Shown here: positions 52,151 through 61,595 of the stretch, one piece after another
How the letters are laid out: every line of letters begins with the position of its first letter
Position numbering within the stretch: the first letter of the stretch is position 1
Notes under the pieces: generated by a model
Databases searched by the model: none
Told to the model about the DNA's origin: nothing
What the model saw: the letters and a program-made list of their open reading frames with translations, nothing else
Program-made: the position numbers and the translations under genes
DNA from: an uncultured Chloroflexia bacterium
Lineage (GTDB): Bacteria > Chloroflexota > Anaerolineae > B4-G1 > SLSP01
DNA length: 64,000 nt
Assembly: GCA_963751345.1 (NCBI GenBank)
Contig: CAVVUS010000014.1
Location: forward strand, 32,001 to 96,000
Direction: 5' to 3'

Positions 52151-52216
52151 GCTGCGAGGAGGAGAACAGAAGACTAGCCAGATCTCCCCAACTGATATCA
52201 AAGCCTTATGTAGAGA

Positions 52217-53232
52217 CTAGAGCGAGTCGCCTCCCCGAACCACCCGGCCCGGCATACGGAATCCAGTATCTGAGCCGGTGCCATTGTCTGTCGTGCCACC
52301 GCGAGGACCACGGAAGTCACCACGACCTCCGAACCCACCTCTCCCACCGGGCATATGCATGAACGGGCCCCCGGGCATCATGCCAAAGTCCAGCCGGTTC
52401 TGCATACTATCCGCCTGGTCCTGGGTGATCACGCCATCGGCAACCGCCTGGGCCAACGCGCCGTTGTAGGCCTCGACCAAGTTGGCGCGCACGGTTGCGG
52501 CATCGAGGCCGTTATCCGCCATCAAGCTTGAAAGCGTAGCACCTTGCGCGTAAGCTGCTTTTAGGTCCTCGACGCTCATACCCAGCGCCTTGGCGAGCAG
52601 CGTATCGCGGTCCAGGTAGCTCATCAGATTCTTCTGGGCGAGCATCCGGTCCGCCTGATCCTGCGTGATGATGCCCTCCGCCACGGCCTGGTCAAGTGCA
52701 TCCTGATTCGCCTGGTCGCGCGCTGCCTGCAACTGCACTGTCGTCACACCGAGGGCATCGGCCAACAGCGCCTCCTCGTCGATCTTGCCGTTCGCCACAC
52801 CCTGGGGGCCACGGCCAAAGGGAAGGAATCCGAACCTGTGCCGGGCAAGTCCACCCCAGACTAGCATGTTGTCAGCCTGTTCTTGCGTGATCAGGCCCTC
52901 ATCGACCGCTTGCGCGATCGCGGCAGTCCGAGCGCCCTCATAGGCCGTCTGTAGATCTTCAACTGGATGCCCAGCGCATTCGCCAGCAACTGCGTGTAGT
53001 CAATGGATCCTTCGAAGCTCGGACCTCCCCAACGACCGCCATGAGCCAGATAGCCATCACCCAGCAGGCCGGGTGTCGTCGACGCCTGTGTCATCGTCTC
53101 AAGATCACTCGACGTGAGTTTGGCCGCATTGACCAAGCCGGTCGTTCCAAACATCACCCCACCCGCAACAGCCAAGGCCACAACGGCCCCGATCAGGACC
53201 AGTCCCAGTTTCTTATTTCGATTTCTTAGCAT
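52217..53232 (-). CDS. Secreted helical-repeat protein (LA.ALG...EEL / ITQ.QAD repeats; frameshift near 52960)
   Basis: N-terminal TM/signal, repeated helical units and a Gly-rich tail across ORFs 52891..53271 and 52217..52867. Confidence 0.7.
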
Positions 53233-53434
53233 AGGTATAGTTTGACCTCCCACGACATTCCTTATTTCCAATTCAGGCCAACCAGGGTAAGTGCCCCGGT
53301 TGGCCTGAACGTCTCATCCAGTGCCATCCTCAAGTATGTGTTTGTCTATGCGGCACCTCCTTTGATGTTAAGCATCACAAGTCTAGTGTTCGCGCCGTTC
53401 CGTGTCCGGAACAATCTCAAGATACCAGACAAAG

Positions 53435-53462
53435 CTGAGAAAATCGTAAGAGGATGCTGAGA
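53435..53462 (-). promoter_or_regulatory. TCTCAG direct repeats
   Basis: CTGAGA 53435, GTAAGA 53446, CTGAGA 53457. Confidence 0.65.
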
Positions 53463-53508
53463 GTTCGCCAAGGGCAGCGCTTTCAGCGCTTCAGAGGGCA
53501 GTTGACGT

Positions 53509-53540
53509 CAAAAGCCCCGACCGCGCGATCGGGGCTTTTG
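53509..53540. terminator. Intrinsic terminator of the MacAB-like operon
   Basis: CAAAAGCCCCGA...TCGGGGCTTTTG. Confidence 0.75.
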
Positions 53541-53623
53541 TACACAGCGAGCCAAAGCAAGGAGTTATATCGGGCTCGCCGATTATTGTATCAGGTTGAC
53601 GCTCAAGCGACCTTAACCGCCGA

Positions 53624-55397
53624 TCACTTGAAGTCGCCCTCAGCCTGCGTGTACAACTGGTAGGTAACGTAGGTGTCCTTCGGGATCATTGCGGTAAACG
53701 CGACAGAAGCGCCGGGTGCGATGCTCTGCACGTAGTAATCCGAGCCTATGCTCGTGATCTGACCATTGGCATCGAGTAACGCAGCGTCGACGACGACGTT
53801 CTTGATCGGGTAGGTATTGGGATTTACCACTGTCCCATTGATGCGTACGTTATCCCCCTGGTCGACCAGCGTGGAACTCGCCACCTGAGCAGGGGCCGGC
53901 GTGCGCCAGTTAGCGACTACTGCATCGGCATGGACCATGAAGGAGCCCATGTCCTGGGCTGCAATCTCCGCGGTGAAGGGACACGCCTCACCAGGGGACA
54001 ACAACATGCAATTAAAGACGGCGTCCATGGCCCCGTGCCAGATCCACTCCCCATACCTACGCCGAGGAAAGGGGTTGAAGGATCCGCGGAATCCACTTGA
54101 GTCGAAGAAGGTCACGTGAACCGTATTCACCGCGTAGACCTGATCCCCGTTGTTCCGCAGCAGCCCGGAGATCTTGTAGATCGTGCTTCCATCCAGAAGC
54201 GGATTCGGGGTTGCCCGGTTCAGACTGATCTCAACGGAGAAGGGCGGCCCGGGATTTGTATCCGGGACTTGCGTAAGGGCCGATGCAACACCGGACGTCA
54301 CGGCGGCGGGCTCGGGGGTCGGACCGGCCGCGGCTGTTTCGGCTGCAGGCTGAGAAACTGGGACAACGGATGCGGCAGCCGCAGCCTCAGCGGCAGTGGC
54401 AGATTCCGCTACTGTCACGGTCGACTCAGGTACGCTATTCCCAGTCTGGGCCGGTGTCTCGGCCACAAGCGTTGCCTCAGGCGTCGGTGAGGGGATTGCA
54501 GGCTCGGGCGTTACCGTGGGCGCGACGGTTGGCTCAGGCGTGGGAGTGGGCTGCGCTACCGGCTCTGATCCATCCTGGGTCGGGCTTGGCCCGGCCCCGT
54601 CACCCGCAGGCGCCCCACCCGATTGCTCGGCCCGGCCAAACGGTGCCCCCCCCGCCGGCGTTTGGCCGCTGCGAACCGAGAGAAGCATGACAACGGCACG
54701 TACCACGCTATTGGATGCAAAGGCCGCGGTCCCGGATCCTGTGGTGCCGGTTCTGCCCTGCCCGCCGAACTGTGCGGCCAGCGTGGCACGCTCCTCGGGT
54801 GTCATGTTCTGGAACCGCTGCCGCCCCGTCGATTGGTCTCCACCGGTCGCGGCGCTGGCACCGCCCGGCGTGAAGCCGCCGCGACTCTACCGCCGCCCGG
54901 CAGCGCACCAGTCGCTCCACCGCTGCCGGCAGCCACCCCTCCAGCGTAGTCCCCGTGATCGGGCCGCCAGCTCCGAAGCCACCCGTCAGGGCCTGGCTCG
55001 GCGTCCAGGCCTGCTCATCAGCCTGGGTCAGTGCCATCGCAGCTATCGCCGAGACCTGCGTCGCGGTCATCGTATCCTCGATCTGCTGCACCAACCCCGT
55101 GCGCTCGGCCTCGGTCTCCGCCGCCGTACCTGACAGCGCCTCCCACAGTGGCAGCAACTGCGCCGCCTGGGCCTCTGTCACAGCGTTTTCGGTACCCTCC
55201 AGCTTGAGGGTACCCAGGGCAAGCTGGCTCGTAACGTCCAGCGCGTTGGGATACGTCGTGTCGAGCGCTCCCCCATACGTGGTGGCCCCGCTCGTCGGTG
55301 CCACGGTGGTCTTGGCGCCACACCCCATCGTCAAGCCAAGAGCCAAGGCAATGACTAGAGCAACGACCTTAGGTGTTCGTCTACCTATCAGACTCAT
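53624..55397 (-). CDS. Lipoprotein with C-terminal FxLYD-like Ig domains (frameshifted near 54830-54920)
   Basis: Lipobox TMGC, QLALGTLKLE, PT linker, and GLLRN...VTFFD / GTVVN...ALLD repeats. Confidence 0.7.
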
Positions 55398-55407
55398 AGT
55401 GCCTCCA

Positions 55408-56631
55408 CTACTCATGTCGCAGGGCCACGATCGGATCCAGTTGCGCCGCCTGGGTCGCCGGATAGTAGCCGAAGAATATGCCCACAGCCGCTGCAGCACC
55501 GAAGCTAAGGGGGACCGACGCCACGACGATCTGCGTGCGCATGGTCCCCAGTGCGTTAAAGAGGATTGAGCCGCCCACGCCGATGATGATACCGGCCAGC
55601 CCACCCAGCAGGCTTAAGACAAACGCCTCAAGCAGGAACTGCAGCCGCACGTCACGCGGGCGGGCGCCAAGCGCTTGCCGCAGGCCGATCTCGCGTGTGC
55701 GCTCGCTCACACTCACGAGCATAATGTTCATGATCCCGATGCCGCCCACGACCAACGAGATCGCCGCGACCCAGCCCAGAAGGTTGCGAAACGTGGCCGT
55801 GGTCGAGGCCTGCGCGTTGATGATGCTATCCTGCGTCGTGAGCTGAACCCCGGCGCGTCCGCGGTCGTCCCCAGGATCCTTCAGCAGGACCGTGTCCAGC
55901 TCCGACATGACCAGGGTCATGTCCTTCCTGCTGTCAGCAGACACATAGACGACATTCAGGCGGTCCGACCCGAACCGTGCATAGCTGAACTTCTTGAACA
56001 CCAGCGTAATCGGGACATAGACCCGGCTGTCGTAGTCGGTGTTGCCCACCACGCCTTTGGACGACATCACACCCACGACGATGCACTGGGCCGTCCCGAT
56101 CTTCACTTTCTGTCCAATGGCGCTCTGCGCATCGCCGAAGAACTCGGTGGCGACGTCGTAACCAAGCACCGCCACCTTGGCAGCGTAGGCATTGTCGCTG
56201 TCGAGGATGAAACGCCCTACCGCCACAGGGTACTCACGTACAGCCGTGAATCCTGGCGTCGTACCGACGATCGAGACGTCGGTCAGCGTGTCGTTCGCCG
56301 TCGCCACAGTCTGGCTCGTGTTCTGCTCGGCAGAGACGCCCAGGATGTTCGTCATGTTCGCCTCGATCTGGGCGAGGTCATTGTAGGTGAGGGTGGCCGG
56401 CATAGCGCCGCGAGCGAACCCTCCCCGACTGAATGACGGCATGATCAGGATCAGGTTGGCGCCTAATGCGTTGATCTGGTCAGCAATCTCAGCTTCAGCG
56501 CCGGCACTGACAGCGAGCATCACGATCACGGCAGCGACACCGATGATGACACCCAACGTAGTCAGCAGCGAGCGGGCCTTGTTCATCATCAAGCCCTCCC
56601 AGGCCACCTTCAGCGTCTTCCAGAAGCTCAT
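55408..56631 (-). CDS. MacB-like ABC permease
   Basis: RSLLTTLGVIIGV, GGIGIMNIMLVSVSERTREIG and LDPIVALRHE motifs. Confidence 0.92.
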   Translation of the reverse strand: MSFWKTLKVAWEGLMMNKARSLLTTLGVIIGVAAVIVMLAVSAGAEAEIADQINALGANLILIMPSFSRGGFARGAMPATLTYNDLAQIEANMTNILGVSAEQNTSQTVATANDTLTDVSIVGTTPGFTAVREYPVAVGRFILDSDNAYAAKVAVLGYDVATEFFGDAQSAIGQKVKIGTAQCIVVGVMSSKGVVGNTDYDSRVYVPITLVFKKFSYARFGSDRLNVVYVSADSRKDMTLVMSELDTVLLKDPGDDRGRAGVQLTTQDSIINAQASTTATFRNLLGWVAAISLVVGGIGIMNIMLVSVSERTREIGLRQALGARPRDVRLQFLLEAFVLSLLGGLAGIIIGVGGSILFNALGTMRTQIVVASVPLSFGAAAAVGIFFGYYPATQAAQLDPIVALRHE

Positions 56632-57455
56632 ACTGTCCCTCCGTTGCGACCATTGTGCAGCTCTGCAATACCGCTGGCATGGGTCTGATCCGAAACGACC
56701 AGGCCGTCGATCAGGTAGATCACACGATCGGCGTGCTCCGCGATGTCCAGAGCATGCGTGACCATCACCAGGGTGACGCCTTCGGCATGCAGCTGCTCGA
56801 GCAGGTCCATGAGCTCGTCGCTCGTACGCGTATCGAGGTTGCCCGTGGGCTCGTCGGCCAAGATGATCGAGGGATGGGTGATCAGCGCCCGCGCAATCGC
56901 CACGCGCTGCTGTTGGCCGCCCGACAACTCCTTGGGGAGATGGTTGATTCGGTCGCCCAACCCTACGGCCTCCAGCGAGGCCACCGCGCGGTCGTGCGCC
57001 TCTTGATCGCTCACCCCCGGGCTCTCCTGGTACAACAGCGGAAGCATCACGTTGCGTACCGCCGATAGGCGATCGAGCAAATTGTAGGCCTGAAAGACAA
57101 ACCCGATCTTCCGGTTGCGTACGCTCGCCAGCCGATCCTTACTCAGATGACTCACATTCGCGCCGTCGAGGATGTAGGTACCCCCACTGGGCCTGTCCAG
57201 GCAACCCAGGATGTTCATCAGCGTGGACTTCCCCGACCCCGACGGGCCCATCACAGCCACAAACTCCCCGTCTCGCACCTGAATGTCGACCCCACGCAGC
57301 GCGTGCACGGCAATGCTTCCCAAGCCATAGACTTTGGTGAGCTGTTCAGTCCTGATGAGCTCGCGTGGCCCCTGAGCTTTGTCAATTGAGTCGAGCTCGT
57401 GGACAACCGAGTTGGGCTCGCCGACGCTCTGAGATGGCTCTTTGCGTCGCGCCAT
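56628..57455 (-). CDS. MacB/LolD-like ABC ATP-binding protein
   Basis: [18 protein letters not shown] and ADEPTGNLD motifs. Confidence 0.93.
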   Translation of the reverse strand: MARRKEPSQSVGEPNSVVHELDSIDKAQGPRELIRTEQLTKVYGLGSIAVHALRGVDIQVRDGEFVAVMGPSGSGKSTLMNILGCLDRPSGGTYILDGANVSHLSKDRLASVRNRKIGFVFQAYNLLDRLSAVRNVMLPLLYQESPGVSDQEAHDRAVASLEAVGLGDRINHLPKELSGGQQQRVAIARALITHPSIILADEPTGNLDTRTSDELMDLLEQLHAEGVTLVMVTHALDIAEHADRVIYLIDGLVVSDQTHASGIAELHNGRNGGTV

Positions 57456-57456
57456 A

Positions 57457-59115
57457 TTACGGCCTCCCACCCTGGAATCCGCCGCCATCAATCGGTCCCA
57501 CGAAGACGCCGCCACCACCGGGAAACGCCTGGTTGCCGGTCTGCGTCGACTGTGTGGTGGTCGAGCTCGAAGAGCTGCCCAGGCTAACCGCCTCACCTGC
57601 GGACAGGCCAGACGTGATCTCGGTATTCACGTAGTCCGATAGTCCAATCTCTACCTGTCGCATCTCGAGCGTGCCATCAGACTTCACCACGAACACCACG
57701 TGTTGGCCATTCCCCATACTGCGGATTGCTTCCACCGGTACGAGAACCACATTGTCAGCCTCGCCTGCGATGATGCTGATGTCGGCGTTCATATCGCCCA
57801 ACAGGGTCACATCCTGCGTACTCGTCAACGTAGCCCATGCCTGGACCGCCGGTGTGTTGCTCACCGTTACCAGTTGCGGGTCCACCTGATAGATCTGCCC
57901 GGAAAAGGTGAGATCGGGCAGCGCACTGAAAACGATGCTGACAGGGTTCCCGATTACGACACTGCTCATATCCGTCTCGTCAGCCCAGAACTCCACAACA
58001 GGGGCATCGAGATCAGCTAGCGAAATGGCCGTACCGCTTGCGGTCTCACCGGCTTTGAAGTTGACCGTCACGACGGTCCCGGAGAACGGCGCAACGATGA
58101 CCATGCCATCAGCCGCATCCTGGGCAGCGGCGGCGGTCAGCTTGGCCTGTTCGAGTGTTAGCTCGGCTCTGTTCTGCGCCACCGCCTGATCGCCGTCGCC
58201 CAGTTCGAGCTTCGCCTGCTGCAGCGCGAGCTCGGCCGACTTGACCGCGGCCTGTGCTGCCGCGATCTCATCCGCAGTGGGCGCTTCCTCAAGATTGGTC
58301 ACGGCGGCCTTGGCGCTCAAGACTTGGGCCCAAGTGCTCTGCACGTCGGCGCCCGAAGTGTCTACCATTGCCAGGTCGTAGTCAGCCTGCGCGATTTCAA
58401 GGTTCTGCTGTGCCCTGACAAGCGAGGCCGCTGCGGACTGCCGAGTCGTTTCAATGTCACGCTCCCAGTCCCGCTCCGGGTTCATCGCATCGGCATAAGA
58501 TTGCTGTGCACTATCAAGCGCTGAAATGGCCTGATCCAGACTGATACGAACAGAGGCATTCTGCTCGTCGACCATGCCTGCTTTCTTCGAGGCACTCTGG
58601 TAGGAGACCTGAGCGTTTGCGAGGGTCGCTTTCGCGGTTGCCAGCTCGGCAGAATCAGGGCTCCAGTTGACGAGCGCATCAAGTGCCTTTTGGGCCGTCG
58701 CGAGATCAACTTCTGCCTGTGCGACGCCGAGTTCAGCCTGCCCCTGCGCCAGATCGAGGGCGATCTGGGCATCAATCACAGCTTGCTGATCCTCGGCAAG
58801 CGTCTGCCGTGCCGCCGTATCGTCGGCACGAGCGAGTACATCCCCCTCTTGCACATGATCTCCGACTTTGACCAGCACCTCCTTTACCACGGCACTGGCA
58901 CTGAATGCCAGATCAGCCGTCTGCGAGGGGACCAGGGTTCCCGATCCTGTCGTTGTGATCGATATGTTTCCGATCGTCGCCGTCGCTGTGCGCACGGTCG
59001 CACCGGCATCTGCAGTCTGCTTTGGCATCAGCCAGAGCCGGTAGGCACCATATCCGCCACCGCCGAGGACGACGACTGCAACAATCGCAATCCAGAATGC
59101 CTTCTTACGCAGCAT
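57457..59115 (-). CDS. MacA-like membrane fusion (periplasmic adaptor) protein
   Basis: N-terminal TM, VKVGDHVQEGD lipoyl half, long coiled coil, APFSGTV. Confidence 0.88.
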   Translation of the reverse strand: MLRKKAFWIAIVAVVVLGGGGYGAYRLWLMPKQTADAGATVRTATATIGNISITTTGSGTLVPSQTADLAFSASAVVKEVLVKVGDHVQEGDVLARADDTAARQTLAEDQQAVIDAQIALDLAQGQAELGVAQAEVDLATAQKALDALVNWSPDSAELATAKATLANAQVSYQSASKKAGMVDEQNASVRISLDQAISALDSAQQSYADAMNPERDWERDIETTRQSAAASLVRAQQNLEIAQADYDLAMVDTSGADVQSTWAQVLSAKAAVTNLEEAPTADEIAAAQAAVKSAELALQQAKLELGDGDQAVAQNRAELTLEQAKLTAAAAQDAADGMVIVAPFSGTVVTVNFKAGETASGTAISLADLDAPVVEFWADETDMSSVVIGNPVSIVFSALPDLTFSGQIYQVDPQLVTVSNTPAVQAWATLTSTQDVTLLGDMNADISIIAGEADNVVLVPVEAIRSMGNGQHVVFVVKSDGTLEMRQVEIGLSDYVNTEITSGLSAGEAVSLGSSSSSTTTQSTQTGNQAFPGGGGVFVGPIDGGGFQGGRP

Positions 59116-59167
59116 GTACTCTCCTCCTAATCGAGCAATACCACAGGGAGCATTGTTACGGGAAATG

Positions 59168-59290
59168 ACAATAGCCCCCTGGTCTGAGAAGTCTCGATGA
59201 ATAGGCTGAGAAATGGCTGAGCGTCCGAGCCCATCCTCTTAGATAACTCTCAGGATCCTCCCAGCCTCCTCTCAGAGAGCACGGTATAAT
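59168..59290. promoter_or_regulatory. Divergent promoters with TCTCAG boxes (MprA-type)
   Basis: Plus strand TCTTAG/TCTCAG/TCCCAG/TCTCAG at 59237/59248/59259/59270, then TATAAT at 59285. Opposite-orientation boxes (CTGAGA/CTGAGA/CTGAGC) at 59184/59206/59217. Confidence 0.8.
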
Positions 59291-59340
59291 GAAAGTTGGC
59301 GTCACTCTATGTGTGTACCAAAGGCCGGAGGCAGTCACGT

Positions 59341-60018
59341 ATGGCGAAGGTGTTAGTGGTCGACGACGACGAAAGACTACTCAAGATGTTGCAGCGTACC
59401 CTCTCGTATGAAGGCTTCGACGTCATCACAGCCGGCGATGGGCTCGAGGCTTTGGCGCGGCTGGGCGAGCTGCCCCCCGACGTGATCATCCTGGATTGGA
59501 TGATGCCCCGGCTTGATGGCGTGGGTGTCCTCGAGGTCCTTAACATGGAGCACAATCAGACGCCGGTGCTGATGTTGACGGCACGTGACGCGGTCCAGTA
59601 CCGTGTGGAAGGATTGGAGCGAGGAGCAGACGACTATCTGGTCAAGCCGTTTGAGCCCATCGAGTTGATCGCCCGGGTCCGTGCGCTTCTGCGCCGTGTC
59701 GGCCAGGATACGCAGACCACATTGGTGTTCGACGACCTCAGTCTGGACCCATCGAGCCGCGAAGTCAGCCGGGGAACGCGCAAGTTCGAGTTGACGCCCA
59801 CTGAGTTTGATCTCCTGCATCTCTTCATGCGCCATCCACATCAGGTATTGGAGCGTGGGCAGATTCTGTCGCAGGTCTGGGGCTATAACTTCGCCGGCGA
59901 CGACAACATCATCGAAGTCTATGTCGGCTACCTCAGGAAGAAGACCGAAGCCGAGGGCGAATCACGGTTGATCCAGACCGTCCGCGGCATCGGATATGTG
60001 CTTCGGGAGCAGATTTAG
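59341..60018 (+). CDS. OmpR-family response regulator (MprA-like)
   Basis: VVDDD, LDWMMP, LTAR, KPF, EVYVGYLRKK and QTVRGIGY motifs. Confidence 0.95.
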   Translation: MAKVLVVDDDERLLKMLQRTLSYEGFDVITAGDGLEALARLGELPPDVIILDWMMPRLDGVGVLEVLNMEHNQTPVLMLTARDAVQYRVEGLERGADDYLVKPFEPIELIARVRALLRRVGQDTQTTLVFDDLSLDPSSREVSRGTRKFELTPTEFDLLHLFMRHPHQVLERGQILSQVWGYNFAGDDNIIEVYVGYLRKKTEAEGESRLIQTVRGIGYVLREQI

Positions 60019-61538
60019 TGTCTATACGGCTTCGCTTAACCTTACTCTATAGTGCGATCCTCGCACTTACCTTGATTGCGTTCAGCACGGTGTTGTACGC
60101 GACGCAAGCGCGGTACACCCTGAACATCGTGAAACGTGATCTGGATTCCAATGCCAGGCAAGTAATGCTGGCGTGGACTCGCTTCCAGACAGCTTGGGAT
60201 GCACGCGGTATGCCGCCCCGGCAGGCACCGGTCTCTCCGGACGTCTCCTATGGCGAGCAGGCTCAACAGGCTCTTCAGCCACTCGTGAGGGGTGAGCTCG
60301 CCCGTGATTCGGTTCACCTTCTCGATGCTGGAGGAGAGGCACTGGCCCTATCGATGAACGATCAGAGCCCGACGCTGCCCATCAGTCAGGAAGGATTGAC
60401 AAAGCTTCAAGCCGGCAGCGCGTGGATGGAGATCAGCCAGGGGGAGGATTCGCGATGGCTGATCTTCAACCTCCCCGTCGTCACCTCGATGACACCGCAT
60501 GCGGACGGCAGTGTCACGCCGAACGTCATCGGGATTGTGCAGCTCGCCCGCTCCCTCGCGGATCGGGACCGTTCGCTGCACTCGATGGGCATCACCCTGG
60601 TCGTAGGGAGTCTCACCACGACCGTGCTGGCCTTTGGCGCGGGGTGGGTGCTCGCCGGAACGACACTCAAGCCCATCCAAAAGATCACGGAGACGGCCCA
60701 GGAGATCGGCCAGTCGCAGGATTTCTCATCCAGGGTCGAGCACGACGGGCCGAACGATGAGTTAGGGCGGCTGGCGACGACCATCAATAGTATGCTGGCC
60801 CGGCTGGAGGGCTCATATCAACAGCTCGCCCACGCGCTGGAGGTCCAGCGCGACTTCGTTGCGGACGTCTCCCACGAGCTCAGGACGCCCCTAACCACGG
60901 TCCGTGGCAATCTCGCGCTTATGAGACATGACCCGCCCCTGCCCGCGGATGAACAGGTGGAAATCCTGGACGATCTTATCGCCGAAAGTGCCCGACTGAG
61001 CCGTCTGGTCAGCGATCTTCTGACGTTGGCCCGCGCCGACGCCGGTCACCGGCTGCCGGTGGCGCCGGTTGAGGTCGAAGGCATCGTGGATGACGTATGC
61101 CGGCAGGCCAATCTGCTCGCACCTGACCGCGAGGTCACCTGCGATTTCGGGGCGCCATCACCAAGCATCGCGAACGAGGACGCCCTGAGACAGGTGCTCC
61201 TTATCCTTACGGACAACGCGATCAAACACGGCGAGGGTCCCATCCGAATCGCCACACGAGAGAACGACCATCATATCCGTATCAGCGTACAGGACAGCGG
61301 GCCCGGCATGCCCGAGGACCTACAAGCACGGGTCTTCGACCGCTTCTATCGCGGGGACGCTTCACGCTCGACGCCAGGCTTTGGCCTGGGACTCTCGATT
61401 GCCCGCAGCTTGACAGAGGCCCAGGAAGGCACGATTTCAATGGAGAGCCAGGCAGGGGTAGGAACCACCTTCATCGTGGAGCTTCCGCAGGCGGAAGGTA
61501 ACGTGACGAGTGAGGATCTGGTATTGCCGGATGACTGA
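60018..61538 (+). CDS. Sensor histidine kinase (HAMP, HisKA, HATPase)
   Basis: Two TM helices; DVSHELRTPL, NAIKH, DSGPG and GFGLGL motifs. Confidence 0.95.
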   Translation: MSIRLRLTLLYSAILALTLIAFSTVLYATQARYTLNIVKRDLDSNARQVMLAWTRFQTAWDARGMPPRQAPVSPDVSYGEQAQQALQPLVRGELARDSVHLLDAGGEALALSMNDQSPTLPISQEGLTKLQAGSAWMEISQGEDSRWLIFNLPVVTSMTPHADGSVTPNVIGIVQLARSLADRDRSLHSMGITLVVGSLTTTVLAFGAGWVLAGTTLKPIQKITETAQEIGQSQDFSSRVEHDGPNDELGRLATTINSMLARLEGSYQQLAHALEVQRDFVADVSHELRTPLTTVRGNLALMRHDPPLPADEQVEILDDLIAESARLSRLVSDLLTLARADAGHRLPVAPVEVEGIVDDVCRQANLLAPDREVTCDFGAPSPSIANEDALRQVLLILTDNAIKHGEGPIRIATRENDHHIRISVQDSGPGMPEDLQARVFDRFYRGDASRSTPGFGLGLSIARSLTEAQEGTISMESQAGVGTTFIVELPQAEGNVTSEDLVLPDD

Positions 61539-61544
61539 CGAAAA

Positions 61545-61579
61545 GAAACGAGTGACCGGAAGCTGATCACTCGTTTCTC
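61545..61579. terminator. Hairpin between the convergent kinase and RNAP-like genes
   Basis: AGAAACGAGTGA...TCACTCGTTTCT. Confidence 0.65.
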
Positions 61580-61595
61580 GTTTCCGATCGACACG

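Noticed and set aside
53272-53365. Possible uORF after AAGGAGGTG plus a hairpin upstream of the 53232 gene
   Set aside because: No proper start codon follows the RBS-like motif; it would require assuming a sequencing error.
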